From Candidatus Poseidoniaceae archaeon (GTDB lineage Archaea > Thermoplasmatota > Poseidoniia > Poseidoniales > Poseidoniaceae): 61,645 nt of DNA. The notes beneath the pieces are model-generated. The model saw only the letters and a list, made by a program, of their open reading frames with translations, had not been told where the DNA came from and did no database searches. Both the position numbers and the translations under genes were made by a program. Shown here piece after piece: positions 1-9,017 of this stretch. Where the stretch lies: positions 1 to 61,645 of the forward strand of contig CBFIJH010000013.1 of assembly GCA_965662895.1 (NCBI GenBank), read 5' to 3'. Every line of letters starts with the position of its first letter. Positions within the stretch are counted from its first letter, which is position 1.

Positions 1-2
1 CT

Positions 3-266
3 GATTGGTGGTTTCAGGAAACAAAGGTCATCCAACAGAAAATCAATTCTCAAAAGAAAAGACGGAAGTCAAGAAAGAGATTAGTTGATGATAAGGAATT
101 GAACAAAGAATTGATGTCGAATCCAATCCCATTCGATGCTTTTGTGGGAGAAATAAGGCGAATTCCAAACTCCGAACCCTTAGATTCACGAATGGTGTCG
201 GTAATTTTTGCATGGCCTCAGGAAATGAAGCCTCCAATTAAAGTCCAAAAGTATAATGAGAATTGA
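3..266 (+). CDS. 3' end of a hypothetical protein (truncated by window edge), AT-rich
   Basis: Frame open from nt 3 to TGA 264-266 (DWWFQETKVIQQKINSQ...KVQKYNEN*); not in the ORF track. Confidence 0.55.
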   Translation, partial: DWWFQETKVIQQKINSQKKRRKSRKRLVDDKELNKELMSNPIPFDAFVGEIRRIPNSEPLDSRMVSVIFAWPQEMKPPIKVQKYNEN

Positions 267-354
267 TTGATTTCAGTGAACTGCTTTCAGATTTCATCCA
301 GGTTCAAATTCAAGTCGGCTTGAGTCAACTTAAGTAGGGAATACGGAACTAGGA

Positions 355-427
355 TGCTCGTACCGGGATTTGAACCCGGGTCAAAGGAATGAGAGTCCTT
401 TATGATGGGCCACTACACTATACGAGC
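355..427 (-). tRNA. tRNA-Glu(CTC)
   Basis: Reverse complement GCTCGTATAGTGTAGTGGCC...AAGGA-CT-CTC-AT-TCCTT...GGTTCAAATCCCGGTACGAGCA folds as a cloverleaf; no intron. Confidence 0.96.
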
Positions 428-489
428 GTGGTAGTTCCGCCTACATCGACCTCTATTTAGAAATGGCGACATTGCACATTGAGATTTTG

Positions 490-559
490 TTCACTTTTCA
501 TTTCCTGAAATGGAATAAAACAACGAATAGCGCTACATCTTTACTTTCACTTTTCATTT
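490..559. promoter_or_regulatory. 14-bp direct repeat TTCACTTTTCATTT (490-503, 546-559) plus palindrome CATTTC-CT-GAAATG (499-512)
   Basis: Seen directly in the AT-rich region between divergent tRNA-Glu and the 607/846 ORF pair; function inferred. Confidence 0.4.
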
Positions 560-606
560 ACGTCTCAATTTTCTGTTGATATACGGCCGCCCTTGAATCT
601 TGTATC

Positions 607-846
607 ATGAACAACAATGTTCCAACAAACTTCGCTGACCTTTCAGCATCGCAAAACGGTACTGAGGAACCGCTCTGGTACCATCGAACGACAACAATAT
701 ACGCCTCCTCAAGCGGAAAACTTCCTGGCCGAATGAGCGAGATGACGTGGGCACCTTGGCATCAGCCAGGACAAGCTTCGACACCGAACTTAACGACCAG
801 CATTCGTAACCTGATCAAAAGAGTCGGCATACGAGGTGAAGCCTGA
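607..846 (+). CDS. small hypothetical protein (or structured leader of the DUF3860 gene)
   Basis: 79-aa ORF with TTGATA box about 30 nt upstream; TGATG overlap with next gene; no recognisable motif. Confidence 0.45.
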   Translation: MNNNVPTNFADLSASQNGTEEPLWYHRTTTIYASSSGKLPGRMSEMTWAPWHQPGQASTPNLTTSIRNLIKRVGIRGEA

Positions 847-1085
847 TGTCGAGAACCAAGCGTTTGCGAGATGCGATTGACGAGTACCTTGAATCTGTCG
901 AAGAAGCCAACACCAACGATATCCTCGACCATGTGAATCAACGCTTCAGGTGGGGAGCAACCATGAATCAACTTGGTAATGTTCTTGCTCGAGATCGCCG
1001 ATTCATCAAAGTGGGATTTGATGAGAACACGGACATTGGTGGCTTCCGAATGCGTGTTTGTGTTTGGGCCCGTGCAACCGCCTGA
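846..1085 (+). CDS. DUF3860-family winged-helix putative DNA-binding protein
   Basis: RLRDAIDEYL...NTNDILDHVN...GATMNQLGNVLARD..FIKVG matches the family pattern; GAGGTGA SD upstream. Confidence 0.75.
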   Translation: MSRTKRLRDAIDEYLESVEEANTNDILDHVNQRFRWGATMNQLGNVLARDRRFIKVGFDENTDIGGFRMRVCVWARATA

Positions 1086-1123
1086 GAGAAAAGGAACAAG
1101 TGGTAACGCCACTTGGGTCGGGC

Positions 1124-1993
1124 ATGGCCAACAAACTTGTCGCATCCATCCAACTGATGCGGGTCAAGAATCTTGGCCTCGCCCTCATTGCGACACCGTT
1201 GGGTGCTGTCTTTGCATTGCTTGACTTTTCTTCCCTTGTCGATTATCCAGAGGTTGCTCTTGCAACATTGTCCGTCCTCTTCTTCATGGCAGCAGGTAAT
1301 GCTTTGAACGACCTAAGCGATGTTGAAATCGATCGAATAGCGCATCCCAACCGGCCTCTTGCAAATGGTTCGTTAAGCATTGCACAGGCGAAAGTTCTGA
1401 TTGGAGTCCTATCAACAATGAGTGTAGCTTCGCTCATCGGTTGTCTTTACCTCATGAATGGTTCCCAGGAATACACTGGTGCAATTTATGTCATCGCTGT
1501 TCTCCTTATGTTGACTTACGACCATGGGCCGAGGACAAAGCAAAATGGGTTCATCGGAAATCTTGCAATATCATTCCTTGTGGCCGCTGTTGTCCTTTAT
1601 GGAGCCTCTTCTATAGAGGGACTCGGTTCTCTGCTTTGTTGGTATGTTGCTGCAGTCGTGTTCTTTGTTAACTTGGCTCGAGAGATCATCAAAGACTGTC
1701 AAGATATGGAAGCTGATTCAGATTCTCGACGAACGTTACCGATGAAAATTGGAAAAGAGAACAGTAGAATGGTTGCTTACGTTCTGACTTTGGTTGGAAT
1801 TGTGTTCCTGTACATCCCTTACTGGCAGGGACCATTTTCGTTGGGTCAATTGCTGATGCAATCGCCAGCAATTTTCATTCTCATGGGTCTCAATGGGCCG
1901 ATGTGGAAAGGTGAAGACTATGTTGCAGCAACTCGATTACGAATTGCCATGCTCCTTGGTTTGGTTGGTTTCATCGTTACGATTCTTGTTTAG
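1124..1993 (+). CDS. digeranylgeranylglyceryl phosphate synthase (UbiA prenyltransferase family)
   Basis: Multi-TM; NDLSDVEIDRIAHPNRP and REIIKDCQDMEAD Asp-rich motifs; start moved to MANKLV. Confidence 0.85.
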   Translation: MANKLVASIQLMRVKNLGLALIATPLGAVFALLDFSSLVDYPEVALATLSVLFFMAAGNALNDLSDVEIDRIAHPNRPLANGSLSIAQAKVLIGVLSTMSVASLIGCLYLMNGSQEYTGAIYVIAVLLMLTYDHGPRTKQNGFIGNLAISFLVAAVVLYGASSIEGLGSLLCWYVAAVVFFVNLAREIIKDCQDMEADSDSRRTLPMKIGKENSRMVAYVLTLVGIVFLYIPYWQGPFSLGQLLMQSPAIFILMGLNGPMWKGEDYVAATRLRIAMLLGLVGFIVTILV

Positions 1994-2958
1994 ACAAGAC
2001 CCATGAACTCACCCATTGCATCCCAGGCTTCTTCTGCAATGAAGTAGCATAACAACGACATCTGTGCCCACATGCGGTTTTCTGCCTGATCGAACACAAT
2101 CGATTGCTCATGATCCATGACCCAATCTGTGACCTCATCGCCACGATGGGCTGGCAAACAGTGCATGAACCGCCAACCATCATCCATTCCGGAAACCATG
2201 TCTTCGTTCACTTGGTATCCCTCGAACGATTTCATTTTGTCTTCCAAGTGCTCTTCTCCCATTGAAATGAACACATCCGTGTAAACGACGTGTGCATTCT
2301 TTACTGCTTCCTTTGGGTCGATGGTTCTCACGAATTCCGATCCTTTTGTTGAGGCGTAGATTCTAGAACGTTCGACTACATCTTCCGCTGGTTCATAGCC
2401 CTCTGGCACAGCATATCGGAAATCGATACCAAGCATTGTACAAGCCAGCATCAAATCGTGAAGAACGTTGTTACCGTCACCCACCCATGAGACAATGAGG
2501 TTATTTCGATCATCAAAGTGTTCCATAATGGTCATAAGGTCTGCTGCGGCTTGGCAAGGGTGATGCTTTGCAGATAGAGCATTGAGCACAGGTACTGTTG
2601 CATGCTTTGCAAGTTCTGTCACATCCTCATGCCCGAAACACCGGTATGTCATCCCACCAAGAAATCTCGAAAGGACTTGGGACGTGTCACCAACAGTTTC
2701 CGACTTTCCGAGTTGGATGTCATTTTTTGATAAGGTAAGGGCATTGCCACCAAGTCGGTGAATACCTACTTCAAAGGATACCCTTGTTCGCGTGGACGGT
2801 TTCTCATAAATCGATCCGATTGTCATGGTGTCGAGTGGCATGAAGTTCAAAGCCACCTCATCACCTTGCTTCCACAACCGCTTGAATTCGATTGCCCAGG
2901 CAAGAATTTTTTGGAAGTCATCGTTAACATCATCAATGGCTAGTAAGTGATTGACCAT
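1990..2958 (-). CDS. argF: ornithine carbamoyltransferase
   Basis: STRTR, HPCQ, SMG and HCLP motifs. Confidence 0.93.
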   Translation of the reverse strand: MVNHLLAIDDVNDDFQKILAWAIEFKRLWKQGDEVALNFMPLDTMTIGSIYEKPSTRTRVSFEVGIHRLGGNALTLSKNDIQLGKSETVGDTSQVLSRFLGGMTYRCFGHEDVTELAKHATVPVLNALSAKHHPCQAAADLMTIMEHFDDRNNLIVSWVGDGNNVLHDLMLACTMLGIDFRYAVPEGYEPAEDVVERSRIYASTKGSEFVRTIDPKEAVKNAHVVYTDVFISMGEEHLEDKMKSFEGYQVNEDMVSGMDDGWRFMHCLPAHRGDEVTDWVMDHEQSIVFDQAENRMWAQMSLLCYFIAEEAWDAMGEFMGLV

Positions 2959-2992
2959 GACTTATGGTCAACGAGAAGGGTTACAATGTTTT

Positions 2993-3826
2993 TCAAACGA
3001 AATCGTCAACATCTTTCTCATGTTCAATGTCACTCGCAAATCCATCTCGGGCATCGTTCATGCCACCAAACATTGCTTGAGCAAACGTAAGGATGTCTGC
3101 TAGCCCTTCTTCGAGTTCACTTGAGAGAGGCGTTAGTCCCGGACTTTGTGCAAATTGTTGCATCAAGCGCAGTTGGTTGATAGCAAATTCTGTTCGCTGA
3201 CCACCGGCTTCATCGTACAATGCCATCTCGAGAATCTCTAAACGTTCGGACCATTCGAGAATCTTCTCCAATTCATCCGGGTCGAGAAGATCACTCTTCG
3301 ATAAGAAATTCTTCGTTGGCAATCCCAGACGGAATTCAACAATCGAGGAAAGAAGCATCTGCGAAACGAAACCAGAAGGTGAGCGCGATAGCATTGGATC
3401 AAACAAGTAAATGATTGCTGACTGTTCACGGCCAAGAACTTCGATAAGATGGTTGCTCGCTTCTCGGAAGGCGAAAAGTTCGACTTGCCCTGGTGTATCA
3501 ACGATCATCATTTCTCCACTAAGCGCATGGAGTTGCTCAGCAACGTCCCCTGCCTGCGAAGCCAAAAGATCGGCGGCCAAAATTTGTGCACCATTCGGTC
3601 CAAGATCGTATTCCATCATTACCTCGGTTAAGGAAATCAAATCACGGACGTCAAATTCAGCGTCATAATGAACTCTCTCTGCACCTGGGTCGAGGTTTAC
3701 TGCAATGACATCCGTTTCGAGGAATCGAGACCATCTCTGGAATGAGGTTACGAGGGAGGATTTTCCAGCTCCTGCAGTTCCTACAACAAACAACACTGGG
3801 GGAGTCCCACTATCTTGGCCGACCAT
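2993..3826 (-). CDS. GPN-loop GTPase
   Basis: GTAGAGKS P-loop, NLDPG, LGPNG, DTPGQ, SKSD. Confidence 0.93.
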   Translation of the reverse strand: MVGQDSGTPPVLFVVGTAGAGKSSLVTSFQRWSRFLETDVIAVNLDPGAERVHYDAEFDVRDLISLTEVMMEYDLGPNGAQILAADLLASQAGDVAEQLHALSGEMMIVDTPGQVELFAFREASNHLIEVLGREQSAIIYLFDPMLSRSPSGFVSQMLLSSIVEFRLGLPTKNFLSKSDLLDPDELEKILEWSERLEILEMALYDEAGGQRTEFAINQLRLMQQFAQSPGLTPLSSELEEGLADILTFAQAMFGGMNDARDGFASDIEHEKDVDDFV

Positions 3827-3956
3827 GATTCATCCTCCAACCCAACGTACATGAACTCAACGCAGGAACGCACGAGTTGAGCAAAACTATGCAACAGAAC
3901 GGTTATGTGCTAGACTTCAATGGAAAGGGTACGGTTCGCCGTATGGAGGAGAGAAA

Positions 3957-6900
3957 ATGACTGACGAAGATACAAACAAACCAGAAGCACCACCGGGAAT
4001 GCCACCTATGCCACCAATGCCACCTATGCCTGAAGCACCGCCAGCTCCACCAGGCATGCCACCTATGCCGCCCATGCCCGAGGCACCTCCATCTCCACCA
4101 GGCATGCCACCAATGCCACCTATGCCAGAAGCTCCGCCAGCTCCTGCTGAAATGCCACCTATGCCTGAAGCACCTCCGGCTCCACCAGGCATGCCACCAA
4201 TGCCACCAATGCCTGAAGCACCACCGGCTCCTCCTGAAATGCCGCCAATGCCACCAATGCCTGAAGCGCCACCGGCTCCTCCTGAAATGCCGCCAATGCC
4301 TGAAACACCAACGGCTCCTCCTGAAATGCCACCAATGCCTGAAGCACCACCGGCTCCACCCGAAATGCCGCCAATGCCTGAAGCACCACCGGCTCCACCC
4401 GAAATGCCGCCAATGCCTGAAGCACCACCGGCTCCACCCGGCCTAGACCTTTTGACTCCAGTCGAATCGCAACCAGATGTTGAAGCGCCTGCTGCTCCGC
4501 CTGGCTTAGATCTCCTCGCTCCATTGCCAACACCTACAGAAGCGCCTGCTGAAGAAGCGCCGGCAGCACCTGTGGGAATGGATTTACTGACCCCACTCAC
4601 ACATCCGGAAGCAGCGCCTGCTGAACAACCTCCTGCTGCAGATCCACTTCTCGCTCCTGTTGCTCCTGCTGAACCTTCTTCTGACCCAGTACTGGCCGCA
4701 GATGAAAATGCGATTCAAGTCGGCGAGATTGCTGGAGCAACCATTCGCTCAAGCGCTGAGGTTGATGAAGTTCCAGGAGACAAACTCGAAGGGACACTTC
4801 ACGAAATCGAAACATCAACACTCTCACCTGACGGCACCGTTGTCAGCCAGAAGATCAAAGGAACTCTAACGGTCAACAACCCATCCGCTGAAGATCGAAT
4901 CTACGACATCGACGTGCTCCTCGACAATGCCGAATCAACAGATATCGGCGGCGACCAAATTTCGGTTGATGAACTGGAAGCCGGGAAAAACTACGTCAAG
5001 AAGTACTCTGTTGCTGACGCACAGATGCTCGTTCTACGGGAATCTCTTGATACCAACCCCGCTCGTGACAATGAGCGATCCTTGAGCATCGCGCTCTCTG
5101 AAGAGGCCGGTACAGTCGCTCTGTCCATCGAAGTTGAGAATGTATCGAACGTCCATCTCAACAATGTCGCCGTAACGAGAAACATTCCAGATTGTCTCAC
5201 CTTCACACACACCGCAAACGCAACCATTGAATCGGGTACGCTCTCTTGGGACGTTGGTTCGATTGCTCCTGGACAAAAGCAAGTCCTTGCAATCGAAGGA
5301 GAAATTCTCGTTACATCAACAAGCACCATCAAAGCAGGTATCGCCAAAGCAACCTATCAAGCAGACTCAACCCTGTCAAATCTAGCCTTCCGTGACCTCG
5401 ATGCTTTTTGTAGAGGATTCACATACATGCGAGTTCGGGAAGACGAACGCCCAGACAACTGGATTTGTCAAACCATTTTCGAAAATCGTTCATCCTTCGC
5501 AGTTGACCTTGTCAAATTGCAAGTTCGAATGAAAGGAAGCGACGATTTGCTCTTCGATGTGAGTGATGTCAAGGAAGACGTCCATCCGCAGGGCAAGTGG
5601 GAGAGCGACGAACGTACCGTCATGGCGACCGCTGAACCGGATTTCACCTACGACCTCTCGTATACCGTTTTGCCACGTGCTACGCGCAAGACTGAGGGAA
5701 CACTCAAACTCGAAGAGAGTTCGTTCACAGTTGTCGATGCTGAGATTTCCAAGGAATACTCAACCGATACACTTCGTTCATTCCGTCAGCAAAGCATTGA
5801 TTCGACGCTTGTTGTGAAAAACACTGGATCAGCAACGATCAATCTCATGCGAATAACGGACGATATCCCTGGCCTCTTTGATGCACCCGACATGGATTCG
5901 CTCACAATTACCGTCAACGGAAAAGAATTGCCAGAAGAGCAATGGAAAGGTGAACTTTCAGCAGGAATTACCCTTGAGAAAGAACATCGTTCACCCGATG
6001 GTGAGGGGCACACAATGACTCTGACTGTGGGAACCAAGGGACCAATCGGATTGAAGCCAGGAAAGACGATGGAAGTTTCCTATCACCTCAATGCTGCAGA
6101 TCCCTCACCAGGCAACGAGCGAGTTGATGCTCCTGCACGCTTCCAGTTCAGTTCCGAACAGTTTGGACCGGTCTGTGTACGTGACGCACCTGAGTCTCCA
6201 TCAATCCGTGTAAGCCACCTGCGACGAAACTTCTCAGCAGGTAAGCAAGCTATTCCGATGGGTGGTAAAGGACGCTATGAAGTCCTCATCCTGTTTGAAA
6301 ACAACGGAGATACTGCACTCCAAGATGTCTTTATTCGAGATGTTATTCCTTCGAACTTTGAAATCAAAGATTGGCACATTCGAGGTGCTGGAGGCGAGAA
6401 GCGAAGCGATGTTGAGATGCTCACAACGGAAACAGATGCTGGAGTTGAAATCACTTGGAAGGTTCCAGTCGTTGACAAGGGCGAACGTCTTGATGTTTCA
6501 TTCGAAATTAAGGGCGAAGGCGAAATCGATGCTGAAGCACTCAACCGGTTCCACGGTGCACACTTTGGTGACGAACTCGAAACCGAAGATGATGCAACCG
6601 AAAATGCTGAAGAAGTTTCTGAGGAAGCAACAGAAACCGAAGAAGAGGCGACCGAAGAAGATTCCGAGGAATCCGAAGAGGAACCTGAAGAAGATACCGA
6701 GGCCGAAAAAGCAGCACCAGCGATTAAATTCCGAGAGGACATCATGCTCCGAGTTATGGAAGAATACGGAATCACGGATCGGGATGCTTTCCTCGAACAC
6801 TCGATGGATTTCGATCTTGACGACAACGGCTACCTGAAGAAGGCTGAATTTGTTGAAGCGGCAAAGGCGTTCACAGCAGATGAAGAAACCGAAGAATCTG

Positions 6901-7064
6901 AGGAAGACTCCACTGAAGACGAAGCCTCGGAAGCGACTGAGGAAGGTTCAGAAGCTGCAGAGGGTGAATCCTCGGAAAATGAGCCGAAGAGTTGTCCGAT
7001 TTGTGGAACATCCAATGCTCATGATGCTTCAGCCTGCATTGCTTGCAACTACACATTCGAGTGA
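3957..7064 (+). CDS. large cytoplasmic protein: Pro-rich repeats, beta-sandwich core (mu-homology/DUF11-like), acidic linkers, EF-hand, C-terminal zinc ribbon
   Basis: 1035-aa ORF with GGAGGA SD; no signal peptide or TM; motifs described under findings. Confidence 0.85.
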   Translation: MTDEDTNKPEAPPGMPPMPPMPPMPEAPPAPPGMPPMPPMPEAPPSPPGMPPMPPMPEAPPAPAEMPPMPEAPPAPPGMPPMPPMPEAPPAPPEMPPMPPMPEAPPAPPEMPPMPETPTAPPEMPPMPEAPPAPPEMPPMPEAPPAPPEMPPMPEAPPAPPGLDLLTPVESQPDVEAPAAPPGLDLLAPLPTPTEAPAEEAPAAPVGMDLLTPLTHPEAAPAEQPPAADPLLAPVAPAEPSSDPVLAADENAIQVGEIAGATIRSSAEVDEVPGDKLEGTLHEIETSTLSPDGTVVSQKIKGTLTVNNPSAEDRIYDIDVLLDNAESTDIGGDQISVDELEAGKNYVKKYSVADAQMLVLRESLDTNPARDNERSLSIALSEEAGTVALSIEVENVSNVHLNNVAVTRNIPDCLTFTHTANATIESGTLSWDVGSIAPGQKQVLAIEGEILVTSTSTIKAGIAKATYQADSTLSNLAFRDLDAFCRGFTYMRVREDERPDNWICQTIFENRSSFAVDLVKLQVRMKGSDDLLFDVSDVKEDVHPQGKWESDERTVMATAEPDFTYDLSYTVLPRATRKTEGTLKLEESSFTVVDAEISKEYSTDTLRSFRQQSIDSTLVVKNTGSATINLMRITDDIPGLFDAPDMDSLTITVNGKELPEEQWKGELSAGITLEKEHRSPDGEGHTMTLTVGTKGPIGLKPGKTMEVSYHLNAADPSPGNERVDAPARFQFSSEQFGPVCVRDAPESPSIRVSHLRRNFSAGKQAIPMGGKGRYEVLILFENNGDTALQDVFIRDVIPSNFEIKDWHIRGAGGEKRSDVEMLTTETDAGVEITWKVPVVDKGERLDVSFEIKGEGEIDAEALNRFHGAHFGDELETEDDATENAEEVSEEATETEEEATEEDSEESEEEPEEDTEAEKAAPAIKFREDIMLRVMEEYGITDRDAFLEHSMDFDLDDNGYLKKAEFVEAAKAFTADEETEESEEDSTEDEASEATEEGSEAAEGESSENEPKSCPICGTSNAHDASACIACNYTFE
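3981..4440 (+). repeat. intragenic tandem repeat, about 11 units of 39/48 bp encoding PEAPPAPP(E/G)MPPM(PPM)
   Basis: Units visible in DNA and translation, with synonymous divergence between copies. Confidence 0.9.
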
Positions 7065-7553
7065 TCAGAAGGGCAACTTCCACTGAGGCCAGTCCTCATT
7101 ATCCGAGGAACTGCTAACGATGACGAGGACATTTCGTTTGGTACTCGCAAGAAGCGTATTGAGGGGCGTCTGAGTTGATGGAGGAATGACACCATCGCGC
7201 AAGTCGACGGCAAGCCAAGCACCCGGGTATTGCGTCAACCAAGCATTGAGTTCTGCTTCGATTCCAATAGGTGGGACGCCTTGACGAACGCTAGCGAGAA
7301 AACCCCAATCTGAAATTGTTCGTCGCTCATCGTCTGTCCACAGAAAAATACGCTCGCTAAACCCTATGCGCTGAAGTTGCTCGAGCGCTTCGGCCTCCGT
7401 GCAGCAAACCGGCCGTCCTGGCATTGGCATTGGCACTGGGTGTTGCCATGTTTTTGTTACATCCAACGGTTCCTTTCGGCGCATGAGACCAAGCACCACA
7501 TCCTCTCGTTTGAATCCAGCGGAAGACCAACCTTCATGACCCTCATGCTGCAC
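7065..7553 (-). CDS. hypothetical protein (start uncertain)
   Basis: Fills the gap between two + strand genes exactly; globular alpha/beta-like composition. Confidence 0.65.
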   Translation of the reverse strand: MQHEGHEGWSSAGFKREDVVLGLMRRKEPLDVTKTWQHPVPMPMPGRPVCCTEAEALEQLQRIGFSERIFLWTDDERRTISDWGFLASVRQGVPPIGIEAELNAWLTQYPGAWLAVDLRDGVIPPSTQTPLNTLLASTKRNVLVIVSSSSDNEDWPQWKLPF

Positions 7554-7562
7554 AGAAGTACC

Positions 7563-8471
7563 ATGGCGAACCGTTCGGCACCTCCACCCCCGCCCCCAAA
7601 TGGTTCAATGATGACCATGTTGCTGGTCATGATTTTGATGACATTTCTCATCATCAACCCAAACATTCGCAATGCCCTGGGAAACATGGCAGATCCCATC
7701 TTGGCACCGGTCCTTCCAGAAACTGAATTTTTCATTATTACAGTTCTCATCCTCGGAACCTTTTCGATGACCTTGAACACCGTTTTGAGAAATTTCTTCG
7801 CCGATCCAATCGAACAAGCGCACATTGGTCACCGCCAATCGCAAGTCAGGAAAATGATGAACGATGGACGTATGAGTCGTGACCCTATACTCGTTGAGAA
7901 AGCGAACACACTTCGAGAACAGATGATGCCTGAACAGTTGAAGGTTCAGATGAGTGCGATGCGACCGATGATGTTCACAATGATTTTCATCATCGGAATC
8001 TTTGCTTGGCTAACAACAGCTGTTGAGACATTTCGCGTCGATTATGTCTCTCTCCCTTGGGCTCCACGTTGGCATTTACTGGATGACAAATTCTTGTTCT
8101 TCCCAGCTTGGATATGTGCGTACATTTGCATGAGTGCACCATTGGGAAGAATTGTTGACCGACATATCAAACTGATTCGATACCGAAATCATCCCGTTGT
8201 TCTTGCAAATGAAAAATTAAGCGAACCCTTGCTTCACCTTGTCGTAAGCGATGATGGTGCAAAGTCAAAACAAGCCAAGCAACGACGGAGTCGTTCCCGT
8301 AAAAATGGTCCGAAGAAGCAAGCAAAACCGACAAAAAATGAAACCTCCGATTCAAAGACAACAACGAATCAGGAGAGCAATGAAGCGTGCCCAGAGTGCA
8401 TGAGCGATGACGTTCAGCGGAAAGGTCCACGGACTCTACGTTGCAACGTATGTTATCACGAATGGGTGTGA
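7563..8471 (+). CDS. EMC3/TMCO1 (DUF106, Oxa1 superfamily) membrane insertase with C-terminal zinc ribbon
   Basis: TM, coiled coil, MRPMMFTMIFIIGIFAW, WI.AY; sits before cmk as is typical; tail CPEC...CNVC. Confidence 0.85.
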   Translation: MANRSAPPPPPPNGSMMTMLLVMILMTFLIINPNIRNALGNMADPILAPVLPETEFFIITVLILGTFSMTLNTVLRNFFADPIEQAHIGHRQSQVRKMMNDGRMSRDPILVEKANTLREQMMPEQLKVQMSAMRPMMFTMIFIIGIFAWLTTAVETFRVDYVSLPWAPRWHLLDDKFLFFPAWICAYICMSAPLGRIVDRHIKLIRYRNHPVVLANEKLSEPLLHLVVSDDGAKSKQAKQRRSRSRKNGPKKQAKPTKNETSDSKTTTNQESNEACPECMSDDVQRKGPRTLRCNVCYHEWV

Positions 8472-8474
8472 GCA

Positions 8475-9017
8475 ATGGTTCTCATTACCATCTCTGGTCA
8501 TCCAGGGAGCGGGACTAGTACACTCGTCAAACTTCTCACCGAGGCACAAGGATGGTCGTCTCTCAATGGAGGAGAATTGTTCCGCCAAGAGGCAAAAAGA
8601 CGTGACATGAGTCTTGCAGAATTTGGACAATTGTGCAAACAGAATCTTGACGTCGATCAGGAACTTGATTTGCTTCTCAAACATGAAATGCTTCGGGATG
8701 ACGACGATGCACCTTCAATTGTTGAAAGTCGCCTCGCTGGCTGGTGGGCGTACCAATTGAATCTCAATATCCCAAGAATTTGGTTGAATGTTGATGAGCG
8801 AGAGCGAGCAAACCGAGTTCAAGCGAGGGAAGGTGGAGAGATTGACAACATTCTTGCTGCAAGTCGAAAAAGGGCGAGTGTTGATGCAGAACGGTTTTTG
8901 GAATTGTACAATCTCCTCCCTGAGCAAAAAGAACCGTATACGCACATACTTGACGCGACCAGCCTAAACCCTCAAGAAGTGCTGGCCCAGGTTCTTGAAA
9001 TAGTGGAGGAATTCTAA
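8475..9017 (+). CDS. cmk: cytidylate kinase (archaeal type)
   Basis: ITISGHPGSGTST, GELFR, VESRLAGW. Confidence 0.92.
   Translation: MVLITISGHPGSGTSTLVKLLTEAQGWSSLNGGELFRQEAKRRDMSLAEFGQLCKQNLDVDQELDLLLKHEMLRDDDDAPSIVESRLAGWWAYQLNLNIPRIWLNVDERERANRVQAREGGEIDNILAASRKRASVDAERFLELYNLLPEQKEPYTHILDATSLNPQEVLAQVLEIVEEF

Noticed and set aside
301-311. GGTTCAAATTC as a tRNA fragment or att site
   Set aside because: Too short, opposite orientation to tRNA-Glu, no acceptor-stem match
3981-4440. Regular repeats as a possible CRISPR array
   Set aside because: No unique spacers; in-frame coding repeat with synonymous variation
3917-4600. 227-aa Gly-rich ORF on the minus strand
   Set aside because: Antisense shadow of the Pro-rich repeat of 3957..7064
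7377-7562. Long N-terminal extensions given by the ORF track (also 1058, 29740, 33134, 44141, 46174, 51485, 56045)
   Set aside because: They overlap neighbouring genes or RNA structures; downstream starts fit family lengths
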